A stretch of DNA of 63,933 nt, filler included, from Eremomyces bilateralis CBS 781.70 (taxonomy: Eukaryota), in NCBI GenBank assembly GCA_010015585.1. It is 6 parts of 6 records of this genome, joined end to end, with 100 filler letters (N's around TTAATTAATTAA, not from the genome) between each part and the next. Parts side by side here need not be neighbours in the genome. Positions count along the whole stretch, not along the records: positions 1 to 14,868 come from ML975208.1; positions 14,969 to 27,955 come from ML975209.1; 4 more parts are not named here. One strand, 5' to 3'. Each line of letters opens with the position of its first letter. Positions within the stretch are counted from its first letter, which is position 1. The notes beneath the pieces are model-generated. The model was given only the letters and a program-made list of their open reading frames with translations, was not told the DNA's origin and made no database searches. Positions 13,611-25,828 of the stretch are shown here, in pieces. The position numbers and the translations under genes were made by a program.

Positions 13611-14868
13611 TGAGACGGTTTGATCGCAGAAGTTACGAGAACCACTTTCATTTATTGCAAAGCTAAAGAAGAAGAGCTATCTACGACGCGTGCGCGATGT
13701 CCAAGACTTCGACAGTTGACTTAGTCACGTGACTATCATTCAGGAGACAGGCCACAGGCCTGGAACCATAACAATACCCCCCTCCTCCCAGTTTAAGGGG
13801 TCAAGAGATCCTTAGGGGTTCATGAAGGATATTCCTGCCTGTCTTCTCCTCGTATTTGTCCAGGGCTATTGTATCTTGTACGCACCAGTCTGCCTCCCAG
13901 CTAAGTTCGGCGTATCCCTCCCATCGGCAAAGGAATTCCCTCTTCAGTGGTCCGCCTCTACCTCTGCCTCGTTTAACGCGGTCGTCTAATATCTCCAGCA
14001 GGGCCCATTCATTGTGGCCGTCTACGTCAATGGGATCGGGCTGTACGTCGTCTTGTCGCTGGCTTGGGAATGGGTCGTTGGCCGTGGGGCGTATGAGCAT
14101 ATTATGGAATACGTTATGGATGCCCACTGGGGTATTCAGGCGGCAGGCGCTACGTCCGACGACCTCTGTAACTGTGAACTGTTCATGGAGTCGAGCTAAC
14201 TTGCGTTTACGGTTGTCTGGGAGCTTGATATTGCGCATGTCTAGCCAGACTTTGTCGCCGACCCTGTAGGCTGGGGCTGGGTCGCGGTGGCGGTTGGCAA
14301 TATCCTGTTGGCGTTGTTGAGCGGAGGCCATAGCTGCCTAGGCGAAGTTAACGCAGTCTTAAAGCTTCCTAATCTTTGCTTCGGCTGCTTCTGCTGGACT
14401 ACGTGGTAGGCGGTCGGAGGCTCGGGCTTCGGGTAAGTCGATCGATTCGCCGAGGCGGGGGTGGTATCCGTGGGTCATGAAGAACGGGGACATTCCTGTA
14501 GCTATAACGGGTTTGCTAAGAACGGCGGCTTGCGCGAAGGGGAGCAGTGTATCCCAACTATCTTGGTAGTATCCGGAGAAGTGGCGGATGAACTCTTCGA
14601 TGTTCTGGTTCATGCGTTCAGTAGAACCGTCAGTCTCGGGATGGTATGCGGTCGATAGGCGTTGCTTGATGTTTGCTAGTTTACAGACATGGGACCAAAC
14701 GCCCTCAACGAATTGATCACCGCGGTCTGACGTAATAGCGGTTGGCAGGCCGTGGTAGGCGACGTAATGCTCGATGAATTTCTCTGCCAGTGTTTCGCTC
14801 GAGAGATCTGGACATGGGATGAATATCGCGCCTTTGCATAGGCGGTCAACGATTACTAGGAGGTGCTT
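13611..14868 (-). mobile_element. 3' end of a Gypsy chromovirus (integrase, chromodomain, PPT, 3' LTR)
   Basis: LSTAYHPETDG-type integrase, GIHNVFH, chromodomain EFLCRWEGYAELSWE. PPT at about 13776-13790 and LTR at 13611-13773. Truncated by the contig end. Confidence 0.85.
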
Positions 14869-14968
14869 NNNNNNNNNNNNNNNNNNNNNNNNNNNNNNNN
14901 NNNNNNNNNNNNTTAATTAATTAANNNNNNNNNNNNNNNNNNNNNNNNNNNNNNNNNNNNNNNNNNNN
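14869..14968. other. Artificial contig-joining spacer (also 27956-28055, 38538-38637, 48826-48925, 58860-58959)
   Basis: Identical 100-nt blocks of N with a central TTAATTAATTAA (stops in all six frames). The contigs between them decrease in length. Confidence 0.95.
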
Positions 14969-15122
14969 ACTGTGGGTGATGAAGTGATATAACCATCGCA
15001 AACACCATTCACTAAAGCCACGTGACTCAACATGTATGTGTTACCTGAAGTACAATCGTGTCAATACCCCCTTACTAAACCGGTTGATATCCCTATCAAC
15101 GTTTTGCATGACGACGACGTTA

Positions 15123-18100
15123 TTAATCCTCCGAATCCGTGTCAACCGAGCTGTCTGAATCCGAGTCTTCGTCGTAGAGCCAATCGGGCTGTGGCTTATC
15201 GAGATGAGCTTCGAAAAACTCCTGAAGACGGAGACGAGCGTGCTTGAATTGCCAAATCGGGTAGTATGTAAGATCAACGTCATGACCAAACCATTGTACG
15301 CGGACCTTGATGTTGTCTGAGGTGTGACGCCCACGGCCTCTCTTCACGTCAAGAATCCGTTCCACCTCCCACTCTTCGACTCCGTCGATGATTACCGGTG
15401 GCGCTGGAGGCGGAATCTGGCCAGGCAGGGGGTTCTCCGGATGTTTGAAGAGGAGCGACACGTGGAAGACGGGATGGATTGCCATCGTGGTAGGCAGTTC
15501 TAGCTTGAAAGCGACAGGAGAGATCTGCTTCAGAACCTTGAAGGGGCCTTCCTTCTTGTGATCCAGCTTCTTCGCCTGTCGGTTGGTCTTAACGTAACGA
15601 GTGTCCAGCCAAACGAGGTCTCCTTCCTCGATATCTGATGGTCGTCTCTTACGGTTCGCACTCTTGGTGTACGTGTCTTGTGCCTCCTTCATCCTCTGTT
15701 GTGCCCATGTCCAAACTTTCTCCATCTGTCCTGTGATTGCTTGGGCCTTGTCAAAACCAAGGGCTTCCGAAGGTTTCGATGGCGCGGAAGGGGGGTCGAA
15801 CGACATGCGGGGCGTGAATCCGTAGTTAGCCATGAATGGCGAGATGCGAGTTGAATCGGATTCGTTGGCGTTAGCGGCGAATTCAGCGGAGGGGAGCAGA
15901 TCGTCCCAGTCGTCTTGATTATACGAGGTGAAGGTGCGCAGATAGCGTTCCACTTCTTGATTGGCATTCTCTGACTGGCCGTCCGTTTCGGGATGGAAAG
16001 CTGTCGAGAGCTTCGGCTGGACACGGAGAATCCGGCAGAACTCCCTCCAAAGGGCGCTGTCGAACTGGCTGCCCCGGTCGGTAACGATCGAGTCGGGTAG
16101 CCCATGGAGGCGATAGATCTCTTTGTACACGATCTTGGCTGTCTGCTCTGCAGAGATCCCGTCGTCTCCTGCTCTGCACGCAACGAAATGACGCTGTTTC
16201 GACAGACGGTCGACAACCGTGAGAATGGTGTTATTTCCTGCCTTCGTCTCCGGAAGACCAACGATGAAGTCTATGGTGATATCCCGCCAGACACCCGTAG
16301 GCACCGGAAGTGGTTGAAGTAGCCCTTGAGGTCGACGGCGGCTAGGCTTCATTCGTTGACACGTATGACAGTTATTGACGTACTGCTCAATTCGTGAAAG
16401 GAGCGATGTAAAGGCGAATCGGGCCCGAATCAGGACTTGAGTCTTTCGAATGCCAGGGTGTCCGGCCTCAAGGCCGTCGTGAACTGTCTGTATGACCGTG
16501 GTGACGTGTGATTCTGGGACGATTATCCTTTTATTCAGGAACAGTGCCCCATCTTTGACTGAAAGCTTGTCGTATGCCCAGCCTTCAATCGTTTTCTTAT
16601 CCCCTCTAGACTCCTGAAGATCTGACAACTCTTGACGAACTTCAGAGAGTCTCTGATCTGCGATGTTTGCCTGCTGAATATCATCCCAAAGCGACGAGGC
16701 TATCGTAACGGCGGCGACGTTGAGATCTTGTCGAACCTCGTCGGAGAGATTCCCCGCTGGGAGCATAGTCTGGCACATGTTCGGGTCGAGCTTCGCACGC
16801 GGGAGGAGCGGGTCGTCGGATCGACGCGTTAAAGCATCGGCTTTCGCATTCTGTGCGCCTGGGCGGAAGGTGATCTGGAAATCGTACTGAGAAAGCTCAG
16901 TCGCCCACCGTGCTTGGCGCCTCGTTAACTGTTGCTTCTTCATAAAGTATTCCAAAGCCTTGTGATCTGTCAAGATGCGGACGGGGTCATCGGAGGTCCC
17001 GGCTTGCATCAACTCTGGTTTCCACTCCTCGAAGGCCTGAACAATGGCCAGGAGTTCTTTGTCGTAGATTGCGTAGTTCTGCTGTGCCGGACTCATTGTC
17101 TTCGAAAAATATGCGACGGGGCGGAGGTCTCCGTTGTCGTCCTTCTGTGAGAGGATTCCACCGGTGGTCCGATCAGATGCATCGCACTCTACGTAGGTGG
17201 TCCTCTCAGGCTTGAAATGTGCCATAACCCCATTTCCCATGACGTGACCCTTGAGCGTCTCAAACGCGTGTAGATGCTCCTCTGTCCAGAGGTGAGGATC
17301 GTTATTCTTAGTGAAGTTGTATAGCGGCGATGCGACGCGACTGAAATTTTTGATGAATCGGCGAAAGAAGTTACAAAAACCGATGAATCGACGAACTTCC
17401 GTAATCTGTCCGTTCTTTGGTTCGGGCCAACTCTTAATGGCTTCGATTTTCGCGGGATCCATGCGTACGCCGTCTCCAGACAAGACCACGCCAAGGAACT
17501 TAACTTCTGCCTTGAAAAACTCACATTTCGTGATGTCGATGTAGACCTGCATCTCTCGAAACCTCTGAAGGGCTGCACGACAGTGCTGAATATGTTCCGC
17601 ACGAGACTTTGAGTGGACGATGAAGTCGTCAACGTAGCATTCGACGAAGGCTCTCATATCGATGAAGTTATCGTTCATAAACTGCTGTTGAGTTCCAGGG
17701 CCTCCTTGCAAACCAAAAGGGAGGACTAGGTACTTGAAAGTCCCATATCTGCAGTTGAACGCCGTGAGATCCTCATCCTTCTTTGTCTTCATGCGAATCT
17801 GATGGAACGCGGCAATGAGATCGAACTTCGTGAACTCGATAGAGTTAGCGACCCTATCAATGGTCTCGTCAATCCTAGGTAACGGGTATCGCGACTTCTG
17901 TGACAAGGCGTTCAGCCTGCGGTAATCAGCGCAAAACCGGATACCTCCTCCCGGCTTCCTTACGAAAAGCGTAGGAGAAGCGTATGAGAATTGTCCAGGT
18001 TCAAGGAGTCCACGTCCCATCATATCAACCAAGTAATCGTAAATAGCTCGATCCTCATCTGGCGTACAGCGGCGAAGGGGCTCCGTGGTCGGCAGTTCTG

Positions 18101-19250
18101 CGCCGGGCAAGAGGTTAATCTCGTGGTCCCACTTACGGTGTGGAGGAAGAGCGTGTGCCTTCTCGTAATTGCAGACGTCGACGTAGTCGCGGAGCTCTTC
18201 TGGCATCATAGCAGCGATCTCCTCTTGTGTCATGTCCTCTAGGCGACGCTTCTTCTCTTTCTGCTCTTGGATCTCCTTCAAGGTGACGGCGAAGACTTCG
18301 AGTCTTCCCTGCTGACGTTGTTCCGCTATCTCCTTATACATCTGCCAAGCATTGATAGCAGAGATATTAACAGGGGTGGTTCCCGTTGATTGGGTTAGTG
18401 ACAGCGAGGAAGAACGTTTATCCGACGTCTGGTCTCTTTTTGACACCTCTTATTGCGTCTTCTTACTCATCCATCCTGGAGTGTCCGATCTCTTGAGAAT
18501 CGCTGTTAGGGTGATTCGCTTCACCGGAGGGAGCTCCTTGCCGTTGCGGTTAACGTCGTTAGAGATGACCTGAATCGATTTGGTGGCGTCCGCGAGTTCT
18601 GTCTCCGTCATCCGTTCAAAGGAACCAGGATGCGTATAGATCAACCGACGTTCCGCATCCAGGTCTTTTCCATTTGGTTGCGAGCGGTATCCACCAGGGT
18701 GGTCGCAGACGTTGTTCTTAAACCAAAGGGTACGGTTCGATGCATCTGGGAGTACGCCATGTGCCGCGAGCCAAACGTCGCCGATTAAGAGCTTCGAGTC
18801 TCCAAGCTTGGCGGAAACGTAACAAAACATGTCATCTTGGTAATGTCCTTGTATCGTCATAGGGAGTAGCACTGCGTACTTCAGTGTAGAAGATATCTTG
18901 CCTTCCCAATCGGTACTGACGATAGGCTTCCGCAGCTTTAAGAATGGCCTGCCGAGTTTCTCACAGACTTCCTTCGCCAGTTGGTACTCAATGATTCCGT
19001 TTACCGTCGCTCCTGTATCGATCTTTGCTCTGGCGAAGATGCCCTGATCGGGACCAAATTGAATAGAGACTTCGAAAGGACCATTGCTGTTGGGCATCCC
19101 CGTCAAGACCGCTGAAACGGAAGCTCCCGAAATGTCTGTTATATCGTGCAACCTGTTCGCGTCGAGGTGTTTCGTGTCTACTTCATCAAATTCGATTGCC
19201 TGTTCGGATACGCCATCGCTCAGGACTCCTGCGATGGCTGGGCGTTTTCC
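15123..19250 (-). CDS. pol: Gypsy Pol (protease, RT, RNase H, integrase, chromodomain), -1 frameshift from gag, one in-frame TAA at 18450-18452
   Basis: Protease IDTGAT, RT YVDDF, RNase H ECDASD/YDKELLA, HHCC zinc finger, rve DFIVGLP/TDRGSQF/QSENANQ and C-terminal chromodomain. Slippery G GAA AAC at 19250-19244. Confidence 0.9.
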
Positions 19251-20353
19251 GCCGGCTTATCAGGGCAGTTCCTAGCAATGTGACCCGCCTTGTGGCAGGT
19301 GTAACACAGCGTGTTGGTCATGTCTCGTGGGCGGAAAGTGGTGGTATTGCCATTCGTCGGCCTAGGGAATGAGGGCGGAGCTGTTCCGGGGCTCGTCGTC
19401 GCTGTCGTCGTCGCAGCGTTCTGATTTCGGTTCTGAGTCTGCTTCTTCTTCTGTTCAAGGCGATCCACTTGCTTAAAGTTCATGTCCACCAAACAGAGCT
19501 GCTTTACCAGACCGTCAAGGTCTTCCGTGGCGAAAGATAGTAAGGCTTGTTGGAATCGAAGGTTGAGCTTATCCCTGAGTCGGAGAGCCCTCTCCTTCAT
19601 CGGGATCTCCGCCTCGGTGGCCAACCTTGTGAAGATCCTAAGGAATTCTCCCAAGGTCTTGTTTGCTTGAAGGAGAGTGTCGAACTCCTTCCAGGCGGTC
19701 TGTCTCGCAAACGGGTCTTGGTACTGGTCTCTCAAGAGCTTCGTTACTTCGGCCAGAGTCTGGACTCGCTGAGAGTTATTCTTGTCAAGGTGAGGTTCCA
19801 GGTACGCGGCAGCGTCACCTCCCAGGCGCGTGGCGGCGTAGGCGACCCTGGCAGCGTCGGTCTCAAATCGATCAGAGTTAATAACAAGTTTGTCTAGGAG
19901 TGTCCTTTCCCAAACGCGATACTCTTGGTGGCCTCCACCGGTGAAGATTAGTGGATCCGGGAGCTTTTCCGACTTCGGCATCCGTGTGCCTCCTGCTGTC
20001 ATGAAGGTCGTTCCATGACCCTCGTCGTTAAGGCGCTCTTCCGCTACTTTAGCAAGGAGCTCGTTCTTCTGGTTCACTGTCTTAGTGAGTTTTTCTCCGT
20101 CATCCATTGCGACCGTTAACTCCTCCTCTAGTTCTTCGATCCGTTGTTCGTTATAGAGGGATTCCTTGAGTAAAGTGCGAAGCAACATGATCATCGTCGG
20201 AGTGTTGTCCCTCATGTACTTTGTTGCATGTTTGACAAAACGATCATCGTCGCCGAAAACCTCTTTTAGCTTCTCGAGAAGCTCTCGTTCTTGTTCCTCT
20301 TCAGTCTCCTGACTGTATGCCGCAGGAGCTTTCGGTGCTCCGCTCGACGACAT
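19220..20353 (-). CDS. gag: Gypsy Gag with CCHC zinc knuckle
   Basis: 377-aa ORF with KLPDPLIFTG and CYTCHKAGHIARNC. Confidence 0.9.
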   Translation of the reverse strand: MSSSGAPKAPAAYSQETEEEQERELLEKLKEVFGDDDRFVKHATKYMRDNTPTMIMLLRTLLKESLYNEQRIEELEEELTVAMDDGEKLTKTVNQKNELLAKVAEERLNDEGHGTTFMTAGGTRMPKSEKLPDPLIFTGGGHQEYRVWERTLLDKLVINSDRFETDAARVAYAATRLGGDAAAYLEPHLDKNNSQRVQTLAEVTKLLRDQYQDPFARQTAWKEFDTLLQANKTLGEFLRIFTRLATEAEIPMKERALRLRDKLNLRFQQALLSFATEDLDGLVKQLCLVDMNFKQVDRLEQKKKQTQNRNQNAATTTATTSPGTAPPSFPRPTNGNTTTFRPRDMTNTLCYTCHKAGHIARNCPDKPAENAQPSQES

Positions 20354-21071
20354 CTTCGGTTTCGCAATTTCGGTAGCGGCCGGTCCTCTAGGTGTAGTTT
20401 AACGTCCTACGTGACAAGTAGTAGCGAGCTTAGTATTCTGAAACACTAAGACTAAGAGCAAGGGCTCGTTTAGGTAGCAAAACGGTTTAATACTAAGCTA
20501 GCGAGAAAGAGAGAGAATCTAAGATACACTGTGGGTGATGAAGTGATATAACCATCGCAAACACCATTCACTAAAGCCACGTGACTCAACATGTATGTGT
20601 TACCTGAAGTACAATCGTGTCAGAGGGCCAGGAAAGACCTGACAAGTGCAGAGATATAGAACAGTCATCAGGTCTATGGAAGCAGTTTGAACAGAACGGC
20701 TTACTTTTCAGAAGCAAGAAGTGGGAACACCTGTATTTATCGTTGTACGCTGAATAGCTGCCACTAGGGCGGCTGGGACAGCCTATGAACCAATCAATCA
20801 ATCAATCAAAGCTTATTTGGGCTACTACTTGATGCCTCAGACATGTTCATAGATGATGGCGTAATATTCAGTCGGGCAGCGCTAAACCAAAACAAGGAAT
20901 TAACCTCCATTACCATTTTCAGAATCCAGGAAACTGGTTGCTAGGTTAATGAATTTCGGAATATTAGTTAACAAGATTTGAGTTCTCATCTAGTGAGTTG
21001 GAGAAAATCGAATTTGGACTAGCTATTCTATGGCAATTGACGACACTCCTAATATATCCCCCAAGGTTTAA

Positions 21072-21842
21072 TTACCCGATTCTTATCCTCATCATTTTCT
21101 TCCGCATTGTCCTCTGTTCCCTTCCCAGCTTTAATTTCTCATACTTGTCGAACAACCGCTTTATTGCTCTGTCGGCCTGGGACCGCGGGGTCAAGCCATC
21201 GTTATCTCGCGAGTCGATATGGACGTCATCTAACTTAAGCAACAGCTTGACCACTTCTGGACGGAATCGTACCGCTAGCGCTAGCGGCGTTCGACCATCG
21301 TTGTCCTTCAGGTCAAAGTCGATACTGGCCTGCTTAAGCAGTAGCTGTACTACCCCTTCGTCGCCCACGGCTGCGGCCTTATGTAGTGGGGTCTGTCCTC
21401 TTTGATCCTTCGAATTGACATCAATACCTCGCTTAAGGAGTCGATCGACCACGGTGTCGTGGCCTCCAGATGCGGCAATGTGTAACGGTGTCTCGCCATC
21501 TTCGGTTCGTGAGCTGGCATCCACGGCGTCATGCTCAAGTAATCGGTCGACTGCGTTCACGGCGCCTTCGGCCGCTGCTAGTGCTAGCGGCGTAAGGCCA
21601 AATTTGTCCTTTATATCCGGTTCGATTCCTTCCAACTGGAGTAAGAACTCGATTACTTCCTCGTGGTTTTCGTGAGCCGCATAATGCAATGGTGTCCGAC
21701 CGGATTCGTCTCCCAAGTTGCCATTGAAGCAATTTTTGCGGAGCAAAATTACAACGATCTCCTCGTACCCAAGCCGGGATGCCTCGATGAGAGCATCTCG
21801 GACGACAAGATCCGCCTCCGTTGGGATAGTAGGTAGCAACAT
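21072..21842 (-). CDS. Ankyrin-repeat protein
   Basis: About 6 ANK repeats (GRTPLHYAA, GLTPLALAA, GETPLHIAA, GQTPLHKAA, GRTPLALA). The start codon is uncertain and the ORF extends to 21944. Confidence 0.8.
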   Translation of the reverse strand: MLLPTIPTEADLVVRDALIEASRLGYEEIVVILLRKNCFNGNLGDESGRTPLHYAAHENHEEVIEFLLQLEGIEPDIKDKFGLTPLALAAAEGAVNAVDRLLEHDAVDASSRTEDGETPLHIAASGGHDTVVDRLLKRGIDVNSKDQRGQTPLHKAAAVGDEGVVQLLLKQASIDFDLKDNDGRTPLALAVRFRPEVVKLLLKLDDVHIDSRDNDGLTPRSQADRAIKRLFDKYEKLKLGREQRTMRKKMMRIRIG

Positions 21843-22779
21843 GTTAAGTGAAGTTAAAATCGATGTCGTGGATGGCAACTGTAGTAAAAGGTAGAAGGGG
21901 CAAGTAGTAGTGCCTAAGTTATAGAGTGAATGAGGATAGGACAAAGTGTAACGAGGACAGGACCGCCTTTAAGTAGACATCTGCCGTACCTAAAGCGCCG
22001 CTCCTGCTCCTTTCCCTGCCACCTAGTTCTAGCACGGCATAAACATCTCCGTAGGGCTCGTTTCCGGTGAGTCAGAAGAATGGGGAGAACGAGGGAAGCG
22101 ATTGGATGTCGTTCCACTAATATCTATTCGGGAGCTCTAAGTATAGCGTCCTAATTCATGCAAAGAGGCTTAGAGATCAGGTGGACAGAGAAGAGAACGA
22201 CATCAGTGGGAGAGATCGGAGGGATACTGGAATCGAATGGACAGCAGGACTCTACTGTCGATTAGGTCCCAGCGCTCGCTCTTACGATAGACCCCGAAGG
22301 CGGTGCACTCGTTCATGCGACCAGATAAAGCAGCGCAAGGAGTGAGGAGCGCGGGAGGAGATGAGGGATGGCTAGCGTGGTGGGAACTCGGAGGCATTCA
22401 GTGGATAATAGCCATCGACTTTCGAGCAGCTCTCATCGCTTGCTCTTGCGGTGGATCTAGACATCGCGTATTCATCCATGGGGTGGATCTGCTAGGCGGC
22501 ATGCCCATTAATGCGTCCATGCGAAAGGAGTAAGTGGATCGCCTGCTACTTCGTCCGCCGTCCTATATTCCTCAACTCGATTAGTTGATTTGAAAGACCA
22601 CTACAGGATTTCGCAGCTTACGCATCACGTAGTTCTCCACCCTACCTAACCAGGAAATCGAAGAGTAAAGAAGGAAAGAGAGCGATATCAAAAATTTGAG
22701 CATACACCCATAGACAGTGGCATTTCTACGTAGCGAAAGACAGTTCCGGAACTAAGTAGAATAGTAACTGGATCACAGC

Positions 22780-23857
22780 CATTCCCCATTTTTCCTAGAA
22801 AAAGGGCGTACTGTACCGGACTGAAACGGATCTATAGCTAACCTGCTTCTACTGCACCCGCTTGTCGAGTACAGGAGACTGGGGGCTCTGGTCCTCCTCG
22901 CAATGGACACCCGGTTCTTGCATAAGACGCTTCGACGGCGGCAGTGGTGATATTGGTTCGAATTCGGGCTCATCAGATGTACGACGTCGTTTCGTGCTGG
23001 TTCGTTGCTCTATTTTGTTTAATAGAATAGTCGCCACCCGACTAATTGACTGTTCGATATCCTTGGCAAGCATTTCGCGTGTTTTATCCATGGCCTCCTA
23101 TAACGTTCGAAGCCCCTCGACGTGCTCTATGTGCTGGAGCTTGATGAGGTTGACTTCATTCGCTATCTTGAGAAGGAGAGCGTCATGGCCGAAGGTACGG
23201 AGAGCATCCTGGGAGGCTGGTAGAGATCGGGCAAGAATTCGTGAAGGTAGCGGATGCTGCTGGTGCGGTGTTTGAGAAGCAGCCTGTGGAGAAGATTTGC
23301 CATGGACCTGCGAGAGGTGCGGGCCACGATGAGCAGCCGGCGACGATTGATCGGGACTCCCATGGCTCTGCCGCAGAGACGGCTGGTGGTGCTGGTCCTG
23401 GTGCTGCTCCTCCTCACGCTGTTGGGACTGGTACGGCTGCAGATGGGAACCGAGTTAGCGGCGAGATCGAAATAGGGGCGAAAGGGGGGAGACTGACCTG
23501 CCTTTGTGGCTCCGCCACTGGCCCAACCCAATCTAATTGTATGTTGTACGGTCCGTACGGTAGCTGGGCGTTATTTTGCTCAAGGTGCGGCCGGATCTGC
23601 TCCGGATCCGAGCATCGAATCGTCAGTTTCACACGGTCGCCGTCAGGCTGAGGGCTGGCCTGACTGAACTTCTGGGTCGGGAAAGAGCGACGGAGACCAT
23701 CGATGATCTGGCGACCAAAGACGAGCCACTCCCTTTGCCAGGGCAAATGGGTTTCGACAGACGTAGTAGGTACGGATGTGACATAGCAAAGAGAAGGTAG
23801 GCGACGACCGGACGAAAGCTCTAAGGCGGAGTCTCGCGACATAGCCATTGCTCCCAA
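22780..23857 (-). pseudogene. Degraded hypothetical gene (Q/P/H-rich linker, coiled coil, NLS-like KRRR)
   Basis: Protein-like ORF pieces at 23414-23857 and 22849-23091, separated by a frame change and a TAG stop. No family recognised. Confidence 0.3.
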
Positions 23858-25828
23858 TCCCTAGCTGGAGCAATGGAATGAGATAGGGGAGGTAACAGGA
23901 AAAGAGAGCGGAAGGGATCTGAAGAAAGAAATGAAGAAGTAGCGTAACCAAAAGGTGATGATACTTAGGAAAAGTCGAGAGAGAAGCAGGTGTTCACTGT
24001 AATGAGCAGGAGGATTGACTGACCTCGCCCTGTCTTTTATAGCCATCCCTTTCTAATATCATCAGCGCTGAATCCCCTCTAGTAGCTACTAAGCTCGTTG
24101 GCCCTGCGCTAACATCCCACCGCGGCGTGCCGCTTGAGAAGTATGGTCTGCTCTCAGCACGTTATGGGTAGCTGAACAAAGACTGAGTGGACGATAAGCC
24201 CTGACTTGCAAGTGGGCATTGAGAACTGGCATAGCCGCCCAACATGGTCAGGTTCGCTCACACAGAACTCTCGTATCTGGTTAGGGCTTCGTGGATCCTC
24301 TGTGTTCCTTTATGCGAGCTAGAGTTCCAAGGACTCCTGCCACCTCCGACTCGGACCACCCGAGAGCGGTGGTAACGCATGAAGCGCCTAAAACCTCAAG
24401 GTTGAGATGTCCATGCTGTGTTCCATCACCGTAGAGGAAATCCATGCATTACGTAGTGGATCCAGGGACGAGCAGATCCGAGTGCCAGTAATATCCCAGG
24501 CTCGAGTCCCCCTGATGAGGTACGTTGTAAAGATAGGGCGCGACAATGACGGCGCAGTGCGTGTTCCTATGGCGGCTGGAGCAACCGGCATCGAATGGTC
24601 CATCCCATCTGGTTAGGGAGCACCGGTTTAGCGGGAAGCGTACTAAATCAGTCAGCCTTGACAAGCTGCTGGGTTGGATAGTGCGAGAAAGGGGGCCTCT
24701 GCTGCCAAAATGCGGTTGTTGAGGGCCATTATCTTTTCGTTGAGTCTGCCTCAGAAGAACTAGTTGAAGTAATATCATGGTTAACGAAGCAGCTGACTTA
24801 TCGCTTTAGAGCTGAATGGAGCGTTGCATCAAAGATGGATCCTGCAACGTGCTCGCAACGAGCTCGTACTCCTCTAGTAGACCTAAATCTCTAAGGAGGC
24901 ACTCCCTGAGTTCTTCCTTGTTCTCACCCGGTACTTCCAGGATCTTGACGGTGCCAATTCGTACAGTTTCGCCTCGAAGAGCTTGTCCGGAAACCGATCT
25001 TAGAAATGGCGTAAGGCTTCATGTGTCAGGCCGCTGTTAGCCCTGCTCGTTCCAGGGGCTTCGGTGAGTCTTGGATCTATTAACAAGTCCAGCATAGCCT
25101 GGGGGAGTAGAGGAGGGGGAGGCTAGCGGCAGCCGTAGCAGCAGGAGCTGGAGCAGGGGGAGGAGGTGGTAGTGAAGGAGGTATCGTCAAGCTCATCCGC
25201 GATGTTGAAGCCGATGCCGGGCTCCGCTAGGAAGTCCCAGCTCTCGTCGGGCTCGTCGGGTAGCATTCCATGTCGTCTAACCTCTCCCCTACCCTTATTC
25301 CTCATCCTCATCATCGTCCCATCGAGGTTATCCGTCTAATAAGAGTCCTTCCTTGGTGGACATCCAAAGCTCCTCCATCGCCTTGTACCTCTTGCCGTCG
25401 TCGCTGTAAGGGGGAGCAGAGGGCGATCATGCGGTCAAAGCAGTGAACTTTCAGAGCGCTAGAAGGGAAGAAGAACCGGAAGTAACCCACTGGAAGATCT
25501 CAAGGCCCGATGGTACGGGGGGCGGGAATACTTACATCTTGTCGTATACCTGTTCGAAGAGAGATCGAAAGGACGAGCCTCTGCGGAAGGCGTCTTGGAT
25601 CCTGTCTCGTGCCGTAGCCGAGAGGGGCCTGAGGACGTCGATGCCGACCACGATCGATTCGTGCCTCGACTGCTCGAAGTTCTGCGGAAGTTGGGTGATT
25701 CGCTGTCGGACCCTCTCGACTTTCGGTGGGATCGACTGGTACGCCTACAGCGCGTTGGCGAGCTGGGCTCGAATTACCCGAACAACGCTGAGGTGGTTCG
25801 CAATGTCCGGTAGGATGGCTCGGGTTAA

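Larger units (their letters stand above)
14969..20622 (-). mobile_element. Ty3/Gypsy chromovirus, nearly intact
   Basis: 5' LTR 20412-20622 (TGACA...TGTCA). Matching partial 3' LTR 14969-15063 with adjacent PPT. Gag-PR-RT-RH-INT-chromo order. Confidence 0.95.

Noticed and set aside
24100..25824. Protein-like minus-strand fragments
   Set aside because: They are interrupted by stops, and no coherent gene model or family could be supported.
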